64,000 nucleotides of DNA from Lama glama (lineage: Eukaryota): assembly GCA_028534125.1 (NCBI GenBank), contig CM052825.1, positions 2,418,001 through 2,482,000 of the forward strand. The letters run 5' to 3'. The notes beneath the pieces are model-generated. The model was not told the origin of the DNA. It saw only the letters and a program-made list of their open reading frames with translations, and did not search any database. The translations under genes were made by a program, and so were the position numbers. This document shows, in pieces, positions 50,190-63,384 of the stretch (the first letter of the stretch is position 1; every line of letters starts with the position of its first letter).

Positions 50190-50430
50190 TTAGGACAATT
50201 TCAGCAAAGTTACACTGTGACAAATCAGCCCTGGGTCTCAGTGGCTTAAACACCAGCCGGGTGTTTTCTCTCGCGCGTTCCTGTCCGTCAGGGTCAGCTC
50301 CGTGTCCCACGCCCCCTGCCATCGTCTCTCCCAGATGCAGACTGACCCGCTGGTCTGGTGGTGGTGGTAGGGGCCACGGAACACTCCAGAAGCTTCTGCT
50401 GGGAAGCGGCCCACGTGCCACTACTGCTCC
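50190..50430 (-). mobile_element. Old MaLR (MLT1J/K-like) LTR fragment
   Basis: ctgtgacaaatcagccctgggtctcagtggcttaaacacc...ttttctctcgc. Confidence 0.45.
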
Positions 50431-51968
50431 CCTGTCATCATCCAAACCTGAGTCAGAGGGGGGACGGTAGCCCTCCCTCGGGAGGGACTGGCCACAGGGC
50501 GGGTGGGCGGCCCTCCCAAGGCGGGTAGGGGTGTTTTGTGAAGGGTCATTCCCACGGATGGGACGGTTCCTATGGCACAGAAATTTCCATGTTCTCCCAG
50601 TCTCCACTGTTTACCAAATGCCTCTGCAGTCTTGCTTCCCGCCGGTCTGTGGTTCGAGTGCTCTGGTGTTTGTCCAGCTGCCTCGCCTGTCTCAGAGGTT
50701 CTGAAAGGCTGGTGTCTGAGGGGCTGCGGCTCAGGACCACCACGCGGCTTCTGGGGGACACGGACGTAGGGGGCCATGAGCCAGCACCGCCTCCCCCAGC
50801 AGGTTTACACATAGACGGGGCAGACACCGTGTGCTGGTGACTGCCTCTGGATTCACTGGTGCCTGATGGCTGTGTCAGGGGCAGCGAGCCTGTCCTGGGG
50901 TTGAGTGGGCTGGATGAAGCGGCCCTCGCTGCTCTGTGGGACTGGCCCACCAGCATCCAGCCCTCAGCACCCAGCTCTGCAGGGCCTCCCCGAGCACTCA
51001 GCCAGCATCCCAGAAGTTTCCAGAAATCTCTGGAATTCAGTACCGCCATCGGGTGCAGGGAGCCTCTGGAAGTCCCAGAAGTCTCTCTGTCATTGCCTTC
51101 GCAGGCCCTCTCCAGGGCCAAGGTGGTAGGAGCGGCCCCCGAGGCCCGCGGATGACAGCTGTGTCCCAGCATCGTCTGCCTGGACCTGAGACGCCAGACA
51201 GAACCCCCGCTCTGACCCTAACCCCGCAGCCTAGCTCCCAGCGCCGGCCGCAGGCCGTCCGTCCGCACATCAGCAAACACCAGGGACCGCTGGGCTCACG
51301 AGCTTTTTTAAACTAATTTCACACATTTTACAAAAGCGTCCTGAGCCGCACACCACCAGCACCAAGGCGGGAGAACAGGAAGGCCACGATTCCTCAGACG
51401 CTCCTGCGGTTTCCAAACCGAGCAGGCTCCGTGGCAAGCAAGACCTGCGTCCGGGCCTGTGAACAGAGGCCCTCCCCGCAGGTCAGCCCTCCCGTGGGGG
51501 TGGAAGCCCAGGGGCTCTCAGGACCGAACCTCTGTGCTGCTCTGTTCGTGTGGGTTGTTGTTTTCCCTGCTGTGTTTTCATCGAAGACGTCTGTGTCAGC
51601 TGCAGTATATTTACGGCAGAAAGAAGAGGTGCCGCAGGAGATCGGGGGCGGGGACAGCAGCACGTGTGGCTCAGCTGTCCAGGACGGGGCCAGGGGGCTT
51701 TGCCCAGCATGTGTTGACCCCAGTGTAGAGGCCCAGGGTCCCCGAATTCCGGGGGCCGCTGGGAGCTCGTGGACACGCAGGTTCCCGTGGACACCTGCAC
51801 CCCGAGCATGTCTCTCTCCCACCGAGCGTCATGGGCCCTGGGATTGGCCGTGCCTTTGAGCAGGAAGCCCTGGGGGTCGAGGGGACCACACACAGGCGCT
51901 CCCCACCGCCCACCAGGGTAATGGCTGTGCTCAATTTTGCTTTCACGTTTTAATTGTACGACAGTAAT

Positions 51969-52212
51969 NNNNNNNNNNNNNNNNNNNNNNNNNNNNNNNN
52001 NNNNNNNNNNNNNNNNNNNNNNNNNNNNNNNNNNNNNNNNNNNNNNNNNNNNNNNNNNNNNNNNNNNNNNNNNNNNNNNNNNNNNNNNNNNNNNNNNNNN
52101 NNNNNNNNNNNNNNNNNNNNNNNNNNNNNNNNNNNNNNNNNNNNNNNNNNNNNNNNNNNNNNNNNNNNNNNNNNNNNNNNNNNNNNNNNNNNNNNNNNNN
52201 NNNNNNNNNNNN
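51969..52212. other. Assembly gap, 244 N (sized gap)
   Basis: Run of N. Confidence 0.99.
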
Positions 52213-53449
52213 GCACCACACAGTTAGAGCAAAATAAATAGTCGGTGTCAGGCCGAGTGGGTGTTAATTACTGTTTTATTCCCTGTTGGGGGGAGAGAGG
52301 GGAAAGTGGGGAGGGGAGGGTGAGGGGAAGGGGTGACTCTCGAAGGTCATTCTCTCCCAAGGAGCCGTCTCCAAAGAGCACGTGCTGGGCTGTCTCCCTC
52401 TGACAAGGACTGTTTGATCAGTTCCATCTATGGTCCAGAAATAGTCTCAAGTCAAAAGGCAGCTCCCAGGCCGCAGGCAGGACTGCGGGAGGCGAGGATG
52501 CTGGGCTGGCGCTCTGCCTCCCGCGTCCAGGCCCCCGACAGCTCCATGGCGCTCCCTGGGGTCCAGCCCAGCATGGATTTCAGTAGGGAGCCCCCAGGTG
52601 GGAGGAGGGAGCAGCTCCCAGGAGGCAGAGGACAGACCCCTGCAGGAGCGCCAGGCAGGGAGAAATGCCCTGAAATGTACACGTGTGTTTGCGGGGTTCC
52701 CAACTTCCCAGCGGCTGCCGGCCTGGCGACAGCCTCAGTGCCCTGTCAGCCGCCTTTCACCTTTTACGGGCCCAGTGTGGCCTCTCTGACACCAACAGAG
52801 CACCCGGGGTTCCCCTCGGAGTGGGAGGGAGGGAGGACCAGGGGAGCCTCACTAGGGAGCATGGAACCGGGAAACCTGAGCTCCATCCCGGTGGAGGGGC
52901 AGCCCGGTGTCTGCAGACGTCAGCTCCCCCTGGAAAGGCGCTTCAAGGTACCCCGGGACCCTGAACCTGCGGTGGGAACACAAATGCCTTTATTTTCTCC
53001 AAGTTCCCTCCGAATTTAGCGTCTCCCTCGTTACGAATGTGGCCATGAGCCACTGTGGAGTCTGCAGGCCTGTGGCCCTCAGCGTCGGCCCTGGGTGTCC
53101 CCTCCACGTCCAGGTTGTTACTGAGACCTTGGCCGCCCTCTGCTCGTCACACCCGGCCTCACAGCAGTCGCTAGAACAGCTCCGAAGCCTGACTTCAAGG
53201 CTGTCATGAACACCTGGGCTATTATGTCACACCTTTGTTTGCAGACGCTCCGCTGTGGCTCGGTGTAATCGTTTATCCTTGTGAGTCTCCAGATTTTGTT
53301 TTATGCATTTAAAGACGTGGTTCGAAGGAGGATCTGTGGTCGTCCCCAGCATGAAGGCCGGCTGGGCCGGGCGAGGTCTCTGGTCCGTCCTGGGACTGGG
53401 AGCCCTGCGTGTGCGGACGGACTTCTCAGCCCCGTTCCTCTCTCCGCAG

Positions 53450-53565
53450 CCCCGGCCATGGCCCCGCAGAACGTGCAGGTGAGCCCGCTCACGGCCAGCC
53501 AGCTGGAGGTCACGTGGGACCCACCGCCGCCCGAGAGCCAGAACGGGAACATCCAGGGCTACAAG
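53450..53565 (+). CDS. SDK1: SDK1 coding exon (FN3 ~11 first half: [11 protein letters not shown]...NGNIQGYK), ending at a GC donor
   Basis: ccgcag|CC CCG GCC ATG ... TAC AAG|gcaagg. 116 bp = 2 nt + 38 codons. The next exon starts in phase 0 with IYYW, which fixes the boundary at a GC donor. Confidence 0.94.
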
Positions 53566-53944
53566 GCAAGGCTCTGCCTCGCACGCAGCCTGGCCCTCCT
53601 CCCAGGTCACCTCCAGGTCACTCCCAGGGCACTTCCAGGCTACAGGAGCTCCCGAGGGCTCTGGCTGGGACCTGGCCGCACTGCACCGCAGTTCACTCGG
53701 CCCTTCTGTCTCCTGTCCTGACTCACAGCCGACCCTCTGCCCACAGAGCCGGGGGCAGCGCTGAGCAGCCAGAGAACGGCTTAGCATCCTCCTGGCCTGG
53801 GAGGGGGTCCTGGTTCGCTGCGTGGCCACTCCCTCCCCCTGCACCCCCCCAGGAGTCCCCACCATCTCTGCTGACTGTAAAAGGGAGGCGCTGAGGAGAA
53901 CAGATCCCCAACCCCAGCCCCGCCCTGGGGTCACTACCGCACAC

Positions 53945-53998
53945 GGCCTGGGTCTCCTGTGGTAGGTCCAGGGCCTGGGTCTCCTGTGGTAGGTCCAG
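53945..53998. repeat. Perfect tandem duplication, 27-bp unit x2
   Basis: ggcctgggtctcctgtggtaggtccag at 53945-53971 and 53972-53998. Confidence 0.95.
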
Positions 53999-55527
53999 GA
54001 CGGGCCCAAGAAGTTGCATCTGTAACAAGTTCCCCTGGGGCATCTGGTTCCCAGAAACCCCGCTCGGAGAACCCCCACCCTAAACTGTTAAGATTCGCAT
54101 CCGCTAGACATTGCAGGGGGGAAGGGAGAAGGCAGCGGGCCGTTGGGTGGGAGCGTCCGGTGACAAGCATGGCGCTGCTTTCCCCAGGGCAGGAAGCTCT
54201 TTCCAGCGTTCCCCCTGTAAGATACAGCTGCCAGGGGTGCTCGGACCCCCTGAGACCAGCTCAGACCATCCTGAAGAAGACAGCCAGTGCCGCCCCCTGA
54301 AGCTTCCCCGTCCCCCTCTAGAATGCATTTCCTCGTCTGGGCTGCGGAACCCACGTCGATCAGTCACCAGGTTCCGTGGGCTAGCCTGCCCTGATGACTG
54401 TGGGACCGATTAACTGCCCCTTAAAGGTGATCTTTATAGGTGTTTTACGAAAATAAGCAGCTTCCTCCGTGGCAGGGCTGCTGCCAGGATTCGTGAGGTG
54501 ACGGGAAGCCCCGCGAGCCCGGGGGCAACGTGCTGTTTGTGTGCGTCCCAAACACGTTTCCTAATTTCCTAACGATAGACACACTGAACTTGGATACTGA
54601 GCTCAAGTCAGGAAGGCCAGTTCTGGCAGAGTGCCTCATTTGGTCCAAGAGCAGAAGCTGGACTGCGTCTTGCAGGTGACATAGGCGGTGCTCCCGGGTC
54701 AGGGCGCTGCAGCCTGGCCAGACGTGTGGGCGCAGGAGAGCTGGCCCAGGGCTCCGGGCGGCTCCGCGCGCGGGCGAGCTGCCCCAGCGGCCCGGCCCGG
54801 TTCCGGCCCGCAGTGCCAAGCTGGATCTGCGGAGCAGTGTTGTCTGTGGGCAGCCTGGCTGGCGCTGGCTTGGGGCAGTGGTTCTCGGCCAGCCGTCCGG
54901 GGGAGCAATTCTGATGACTTTAGAAACCTTCTTATGCGGGCATCACCTTCACCATGAGCTCGTAAGAACCAGACAAGAGGAAGTGGAACCCGGGAGACAT
55001 GTGGGCCGTCCCAGCTATGCTGAGCCCAGCATGGCTCGGCTCCACGTTCCTGTTGGTTGTCTTACTGTCCAGAATACTGGACCACATTGATCAAAGCCTT
55101 CGATGTCGGCTTTGTCCTTTGAACAGGTTGGAGCAGGGCATAGACATGACTGGCCTCCCTTCTGCCCAGTGGACCAGGGGAAGGGCAGGGGCCCAGAGGC
55201 CAGCTCTGTGAGAGGACAGGCACTTCACTGGTCGCAGGAAGAGACGCCCCTTCCATCCTCAGACCCCATCAGGCAGGGCTCGACCTCTAGAAGAACAACT
55301 CAGAAACGCAAATCCTGGCCCCCAGGCAGTGTTAGCAGCCTCCGGTCTCCGTCCACCCTGACCTTGACCTCAGCCGCCCCTGACTCTGCAACACATACCT
55401 GGCCCCAGGAAGCACTCGGGTCCCCATGGCACTCAGTGGCCCCCTGTCCTGCAGACCAGATACAGAAGGGGCGCTGTCCCCGCCCCCCGCCCACCGACAG
55501 CCTCCAGCCTCCTGCTCTCTCCGACAG

Positions 55528-55714
55528 ATCTACTACTGGGAGGCAGGCAGCCAGAACGAGACGGAGAGGATGAAGGTGCTGTTCCTGCCGGAGACCACGG
55601 TGAAGCTGAAAAACCTCACCAGCCACACCAAGTACCTGGTCAGCATCTCGGCCTTCAACGCGGCGGGAGACGGGCCCCGGAGTGACGCCCGGCAGGGCTG
55701 CACCCACCAGGCCG
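55528..55714 (+). CDS. SDK1: SDK1 coding exon (FN3 ~11 second half: IYYWEAGSQNETER...QGCTHQA)
   Basis: cgacag|ATC TAC TAC ... CAG GCC G|gtagga. 187 bp = 62 codons + 1 nt. Confidence 0.96.
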
Positions 55715-57378
55715 GTAGGACAGCAGGTGTTCCCTTCGCGGCCTCTGACACGCCTTCTGTGAGCGCTGCCTGTCCTGTCCCCCGACCCCGGGGGGCTGGG
55801 GATTTCTGGGTTTGAGTCACGTGGTGTCCCTGGGCCTGGCCTCGGCCGCATGCCCGGAGCTGCTCCATACATGTTGGCCAGTGTGAGCATGTGTCCTTCT
55901 CCGGAGCCTCCAGGGCAGCGAGGGGCACAGGGCTTCACATCTGCTCCGAGGCCTCCTTCCCAACCATCAGGGCTCCTCCCAGCCCCCGGGGGCGTCTCCT
56001 CGGGGCTGCACAAAGCGGGGTGGGGGGATCTCATACTTTGACGTGTTGAGCCCAGGCCATAGCATGGCCGTCCCCCGGGGCCTCAAGGCCACAGAGCAGC
56101 CCTGGAAGTGCTCACCAGCCGTCTCTGGGCACCCGCGCCAGGCAGGTCTCCGGGAGTGGACGGGCTGCCCTGCCAGCCGTCCCGTGGCCTGTGGCCTCCT
56201 CTCCACCACCGTGTGTGTTCTGAGCACATCGCTCACTCTCCGGGTGACCCCAGAGCTCCCTCGGTGCCTGGAGGGCAGTCTGAGGGGAACCAGGTATCCC
56301 AAGGCAGCGGAGGCGGGGCCTGGGGTCCGGGGAGCCCTGAGGCACTTCGTAAGATCCAGGGGGTGGAAGGCCGGCACAGTGAGGTTAAGGAACCTGGGAG
56401 GGCGGAGACCTACCCCACTCAGGGCTCCCCAACGCTCTGGGGGTTCAGCCGACCACCAGCCTTCCTAGACAATTCACCTCCTGGGAGCATGAGCATCTCA
56501 CTTCCCGTGAGACGACCGCCACCAGGCTGCAAGGAGTGCATCCGCGGGGCCTCGGCCAGCAGCCTGAAAGGGGCCGCCTGTGGACTCTGAGCCGCGAGAG
56601 TGTGGGGGCCCTCAGGGCACTGCAGCCCTGGCAGGTCATGGGGCCACAGAGCCTCTGGGACTGGGGAGAGGGCAGAAAGGGGACAATCAGGGAGATCTGT
56701 GGGCACCTCTGAGCTTCGAGGGGCCCCAGGCTAGAGATGAGTCCATCCCCACTCGGGTCGGGGCAGCTCCGGGTGGACGGGGGCCGGGGGCAGGCTCCGC
56801 AGGCTCCCCTCTGCGTCTGCTGCGAACGTTTTCCGACTCAGGGTGGCTCGTGAGAGACAGGCTCCCCCGTTTCCAGACCAAGCGGGACACTGAGGTAGCA
56901 GGTGCCGATGAGATTCCAGACGAGGGTGGGGGAAGGGGTGTCCTCTGAGACCTCCGGGCCCCCAGGAGGGGATGGGAGGCAGAGCCTCGGCCGTCGGCCG
57001 TCCAGAGCCCGGTCCCCCCAGAAGAGCAGGCCTGGGGTCCCTGGGGCCCTCTGCAGGGCCCGGAGAACGGAGCTGCCTGCATTTCGCTTTCCATTTCCAT
57101 CTATTCCTCATTTTTATGCCTTTGTCACTGCACCTCTCAGGCTCCTTTGTGTTCAAACACCGTCGTTCCCTCTGCTCCTCTCAGGAGGGTCTGAGTTTCT
57201 GATTGATCCCGGGAAGTTCGGAAATGATCAATAAATCTTTCCATCCCGAGGCGCTGAGGCTGTACTGAGTTGAAAACAACATCTAATAACATCTTCACTC
57301 CGTGGGGAGGCGCAGACACGGACGTAGATGGTCTGTAAAGGAGCTTCCGTGCAGGTCCTTTCTGCCCTCCTCTTCCAG

Positions 57379-57516
57379 CTCCTGGGGCCCCCAGCTTTCT
57401 GGCGTTCTCAGAAGTAACCTCCACCACGCTGAACGTGTCGTGGGGTGAGCCGGCGGCGGTCAACGGCGTCCTGCAGGGCTACCGAGTGGTGTACGAGCCC
57501 TTAGCGCCTGTCCAAG
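57379..57516 (+). CDS. SDK1: SDK1 coding exon (FN3 ~12 first half: A-PGAPSFLAFSEVTSTTLNVSW...EPLAPVQ)
   Basis: ttccag|CT CCT GGG GCC ... GTC CAA G|gtgagc. 138 bp = 2 nt + 45 codons + 1 nt. Read directly from the sequence; it is not in the ORF track in this frame. Confidence 0.95.
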
Positions 57517-57844
57517 GTGAGCCAGCCGGGGAAGGGGGGCCCACAGGGGCACAGCACTCAACAGTCTAGCAGCGAGGCCCAAGGCAGAGCCTGGTGGACA
57601 TGCAGGGCGGGACCAGAACCTCCACATCCTGGGTTCTTATGGGCTCTCTCCACAGGCCCCTGCGCAGTCTCTTTATTCCCCAAGACACGGCTCTCCCGAG
57701 ACCACGGTCTCCTCCTGAGATCACAGCGCTCGGGCCTCAGGAGAAGCCAAGTGTCGGGACCACGTGGGCCACGTGGACGATCAGAGGTGCTGACAACCCA
57801 GAGACCCCCCAGATTCTTCTCTGGTGCCGCCCTTCCTTCTGCCA

Positions 57845-58030
57845 CTTAGTCAGCAGGCACTTTTTAAGGGCCTGCTGAGTGCCAGGTGCCCTTCGAGATG
57901 CCGGAATCGTTGGACCCAGGGAAGCTAGGACTTAGCTGACTTGCTAGCCACGGTCCTTGCTTTCCTCAATGCAGGGAGCTTGTCCTCCAGTGAGGAGAGA
58001 GCAACACACAAAGAGCTGAACAAACAAACT
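57845..58030 (-). mobile_element. L2 fragment (antisense)
   Basis: cagcaggcactttttaagggcctgctgagtgccaggtgc...ggtccttgctttc...ggagcttgtcctccagtgaggagagag. Confidence 0.5.
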
Positions 58031-58556
58031 CTGATCCTGATCAGTGCCGAGAAGAGAGCGGGGGCAGAGGGGGGGCCGGGGGCAGGAGGGACCCAGGCGC
58101 CCAGCGTCAGAGGCAACACCAGCCCACAGAGGCTCAGTCTCCAGGGCATGCGGAGGCAGGGGAGCCCACAGAGGGAGGAGGGGCGATGCCACGGGGCCGG
58201 TCACACGGGCCACGGTGACCCACCCAGCTCTTCGATGATCTAATTCCTCGTCTCCTCATCCGTCCTCCCTGCCCGGCTGCCTGCGTGCACCCTGGGGTGG
58301 GGTGCGCGCTTCCTCCTCTCCCCACTGTGTGCCCAGGACTGCAGTGCAGAGAAGGGAGCAGAGGGTTCCCCTTCTCGTAGACACAGACGGGCTATAAAAA
58401 TTACAGATTATTTAATGTCCAGCAGCAAAAAATATAACCAACATATCAAATAATATTGGCTCTCCATTTAGAGCCATGATAAGTTTCCTTTTAAAAACTA
58501 AGCACATTCAAGGAAAACAGGGAGTTGATTTGAAGAAGAAAATTTAAGCCCTGGAT

Positions 58557-58750
58557 TTTATTTCATCGACTCTAAACTGCCATTGACTGTGAGATTCATT
58601 GTTATTTTATGAAGTGCTACGAAAGAAAAAATGCTTCCAATAAACTATGGCCCAATACTTTGGTATCATCAGTGCTGAGCTGCATCCCAAATCGGAGACG
58701 TGAAACGCGAGGGGGAAGAGCGCATCTCGGAAGATCGATGAGCTTTGGTA
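58557..58750. mobile_element. MER104-like TcMar-Tc2 MITE
   Basis: Degenerate terminal inverted repeats tatttcatcgactctaa / tcggaagatcgatgagctttggta. Internal ttattttatg...aagaaaaaatgc...aaactatg and tgcatccc. Confidence 0.65.
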
Positions 58751-61700
58751 GATAACGGTAGAGGTGATGTGTGCATACAGTCTGTGAAACGGCCCAGAGG
58801 GCGGGGACTGACACTGACCTAGCATGGCCACGCTCGGCTGTGCTCCTTCCAGAACCGGGCGCCTGTCTGGGGACAGGCGGCCTGGGCGTGGCTGTGGTCA
58901 CAGTTCCAGCCCCAGAGGCCCAGAAGGAGACAACAGGCCATGCTCTTGCCCTTAGGAGGGAAGAGCCAGGGATACTGGAGACCTTCATTTGCTCACCTTT
59001 TCAAGGCTATGAACCCACTAGCAAGATTCAAGTGAGAAAGGATTGCCAGAAACCGTGCCTCTGACCTACTTTGTCCGTCCTCACCCCAGGCAATGAGTTT
59101 TCCCACGCTGCCTCAACTAAGTGACTTCCTCTGCTGAGCGGAGCTTCCGTGTCAGTGGGTTTGCAGAATCGCTCCCGGCTCCCGGCGAGCACCTGTCTGC
59201 TGGACTGGCGCATTAGTCTCGGCGAAAGCACTTGGTCTCCAGGCCAGTCGCGTCCACACCCCTGCCCAACCAGCCTGGCCCTGCTCCACGATGTCCTCCC
59301 CACGGCCACGCTCGGGAAGGGCCTCTGGCTTTGCTGTGCGGCCGGGGCTGTGGCTACCTGCTCATTTCCCCTCGGCATCACTCACTCGGATTCCATGTTC
59401 GCCACGTTCACCACGAGCAGCTCACCGGGCTGTGTGCTCCTGTCGACACGCCCCTGCCGGGCAGGCCGACGGCAGGGGCGGGGGGCTGTCCACGCAGCAC
59501 CTGCTGCAGACCAGGCGCCTGCCACCCACTTACGCGCATCCTCTCAGAATCCTCCCCACGGCCCTGCAGCGTGGACCGCGGCTTTCCTACCTCTACAGAC
59601 AAAGCCACAGGGCTTCCAGCCCCTAAAACGCTGACCTGGGCCTGCGGTCGGGGAAGGTTGGAACGAACCCAGGTGGTCGGGCTCTGGAGCCAAGGCCTCA
59701 CCTGCCACGTGACGGGGAAGATGTCCAGAGCTCCTGTGTTCTGAACTGAAGTGTGACAGGACGTCGGAGCGGAGCCCAAGGGGCTGTTAGTAAGCACTCT
59801 GGTTCCGGCCGCAGAGGGGGCTTGTCATGCTCCCACATGACAGCAGGGGAGTCCCCTCGGTCACAACCGTTTTCACCTGTGTGCACAAGGAACGCGACAG
59901 CCGGTCCGCAGGGAGGGCTGCTGCCTCCGGCCTGGGCGCGGGCCCCGCCGGCAGAGCTGGGGGAGCGGGGCTCTGCTTTCCCCCGCCTCTGCTGCCGCGG
60001 AGGTTGAGACAATGGCCCTGGGCTCGAGGACAAACCGTCCAGACCCAGGCTCTGACCATGCATGTCCCGGGCTCCCTGACTCCTACTCATCTGTCTTGTG
60101 TGGTCTGGGGCTGGGGGTGCTCCACGGTGACCGTGACAGTGACGGGAGGCGCCCAGCCCAGCCTACGGCGTCACAGGACTGCCTTTGGCACCAGGGGGCC
60201 CCAGCCACAGACCCCATCCCACAACAGCTCTGTCCTCGCTCCCGCTGGGGTGAGGTGGCCACAGGCCTGGCGCCTCCCCCCAGCCTCCCGGCAACCAGCA
60301 AGCACCCTTCCCCATCAACCTGGAGCCCAGGGCTAACCTGGTGACCCTGTAACCTTCCAGAAGTGCCCTGTTCATCACCACCTCCCACTTGGCTTCTCAG
60401 GATCCCCGCATGAGCCTGCCTGGCCTTCGCCAGACAGTGATCCTCACCCCTTCCAGCTGCCCACGGCCACACAGGCCAGAGAGGAGCCCGGCCCACGGGG
60501 GTGGAAAAGCAGACTAACCAAGGTGGGGTTGTAAGGAGGCCACCACGTGCAGGGCCAGCCACAGACCCACAGGAGCCCGGCCACCATCGGCCCCACCAGC
60601 CCCCAGCAAAGGCCAGGCCAGCAGGATGGCGGCCATCTGGAGCCGCTGGTCCCGGAGCAGTGCAGTCCACCGCGGGGAGGCGGATGGCAGCCCAGGTGTG
60701 ATCACAGGGCAGGGTCCTGGCTTTCTGTGCTCACCTCCAGCTCCTCTTCCTGGCCCCTCCCAACACTTCGGTGACGTCGGCGCCACCAACTCGGAACATG
60801 GGAAACTGAGGCTGCAGAGGTCAAGGGCCTTGCCTGGCGTCCCACGGGGAATAAGTAACACACCTGGGCTGGTTCCAGGTTCCGGGGTGCCGCCCTCTGC
60901 CTCCCGGCCAGCCAACCCCACGAGCTGCAGAGAGAACCCACTCTTCAATACAGCTCCTCTCTGCCTGCGGGCACTTGGGGGCGTTTGGACCTCCTGTACA
61001 GAAGACCTGGCTGCTACACAACTGAGCAGGCCTCACGCTGTGGGATGGAGCCGTGGTTCAGGACGGAGAGGTTGAACACAAGGCAGTGACTGTGGGAACA
61101 GCACACGGCTTCCCTCACTGAAGTCAAGCTGCCCGGTGTCCCCGGCCCCCGCTTCCCCCAGTCTCCACCTCCAGGCCCATCCCTTCCCCGCGGTCCCCCA
61201 GGTCCTCAATTCTAGACCTCCTCCCCTCTGGGCAGCTGGCCGACCTGATCTGTGTGCTCCTGGAGAACCTGACTCCCCCTTCACTGTGGAATCCAGGGTC
61301 TCCCACAGGGAACCATGGAAGTGGTAACCGGGACTCCGAGCAATGTCACTACTTCCTGATGCTTCAGAAAGCCCGCACATCTCCCAGGGGCACGGCTACG
61401 GACGTGGAGGAAACACTGGGCATCTTTATCTGGGGCCAGAATGACGTCACCTCCATGCTAGCACTGCGGGGAGCATCACGGGTCACGCAGGTTTGTGGTG
61501 AAGACAGTAAAAACTGGTTGTAAAGCAATGGCCTGACCTTGGGGGTGACCCGGCCGGCCTTTCTTCCTGCCTCATCCCCCACGCCCCCGGCAGTGTCTGG
61601 ATGGATGTCCGCAGACTCCCAGGCAGGCACCGTCAGCCCAGGCCCAGGGAACAGACGGCACGGTGTTTATCCAGGGCTGTGACCCCGTGGTGCCTCCACC

Positions 61701-63384
61701 AGGAAGGCAGGCCCACTGTGTGGTGTGCCGAGGCCACTTCCCTGGTCGCCGTGGGAACACGCAGCCTCCCCGGAGCGCCCAGCCCCACGGAGCGCTGAGC
61801 CGTGTCCCGGGAATCTGATTCTGCGGCAGAGCTATTTTTATGTTTTTAAAAATGTTTTAAATGGAAGTGTTTTATGTGATGGCACCCTGAGGCTTTGGAG
61901 TGCAGGGCATGGTTTTAAAATTGACTAGATAAATAAGGTTCTGACAGAGTCTCCTGGTGGGGTGGCACTCACAGGATCCGCGCCCAGGTCTCGTTCTGCT
62001 CCGAGAAGAAGGAAGGCATTTTTTAACAAAAAAGAGACGCCACTCAAGAAAATCTTTGTATCCGGCAGGACCCCATGCATTTGCTGATGGCGGTCATGGT
62101 GTGGGTGAATTGTCACCCTGGAAACCCGACTCGGGAGCGGTCTGGCCAGGCGCAGGCTCTTGGGGCAGAACCGGCTCTGCGTCTCTCCAGAAAAACCTGA
62201 ATCCCCCAAAAGTGGCCAAAATCGCTCTGAAATAATTTGGAAATAAAAATTTAGCTGAACAAATGTTTTATCAAAGGCATAACATGAAGACAATAAACCC
62301 ACTAGAAGGTGTTTTGGAGGCCAGTAGGATTAGGGGAATTTGAAAGCTGGACGCGCCTCGTCGGGGCCTTCGGAGGTCAGGGCTGCCCAGGGAGTCAAGG
62401 CGAGGAGGCAGACGGGCCCGCGCCCTCGTGGGAGGCCGTCGGTCCTCTGCGTGGGGGGCGCGGTGGGGGCGGAGGGGGCGCAGGGCAGCAGGCCCCGGAC
62501 ACAGCTCTTCTACCAGTCCTGCTGGAGACGCCGCGTCCCGACGTCTTCCTCCAAGAGATTCCGACAGACGCTGGTGCCCTGAAAGCTCTGAGAAGTCCCG
62601 CTGTCGAGAGCTCGTGAACCTTCTGGGTTTCGGTGCACCATTTTCAAACCTGTGGTCCCAGAGAGCCCCACCTTCCCTTCTGGAATGCGCTGTGTATGTA
62701 ACTTTCAGTCTGTATCCGCCTCCCGGCCTGTCCCATCTCCGTTCTCTGATTAAACGTAGTTCCGCCCACAGCACCCCTGCTCCGTCTCCACGTTCATGAG
62801 CCAAGTGTCTGTGCCTTCACAGCTCTCTGGGTGGTGGCACCAATGGTGGTGGTGACAGAGGCTTCATCGTTCCCTTGAAGTCCGCAGTGAGGTTACTGTG
62901 TGTTCCTGGGGCCTGTAGGGGGCAGGGTGGCCGTCGCAGGGGGACGGGGATGGGGGCTGCCTTTAGCCAGCACGGAGTCTTCCTGCATACTTGTCCACGT
63001 TCTCCGCCCGGTGACTAAGTCAGGAAGCCCGAGGTCGCCTGCGATGCAGCTCAACGCCACGTGGGGAGGGCCCTGCAGACCCCGGGGCCCTGCCCTGCCC
63101 GCGGCGCCCGGCCTGGGCCTCTCCCCTCCCGACGTGACCAGGGAGCCGGGCCCCTGCCTTCCCACCCCAGGCCCCTGCGGGGTGCAAGGCTGCTGCTTCC
63201 TCTGTCAGCACCCACTTGTCAATCAAGCTTAGACTCTAATTGCACTTGCCTGTGCTGAACATTGGCCATTATCACCACTTTAAACTCCTCCTAATTGTGA
63301 GAAATACGTCCTCTGCAAACCGGGGGTGGGGGGCTTCCTGGTTACGGGGCCCCTCTGAACCCGGCCGCCTCTCGCCCTCCCCAG

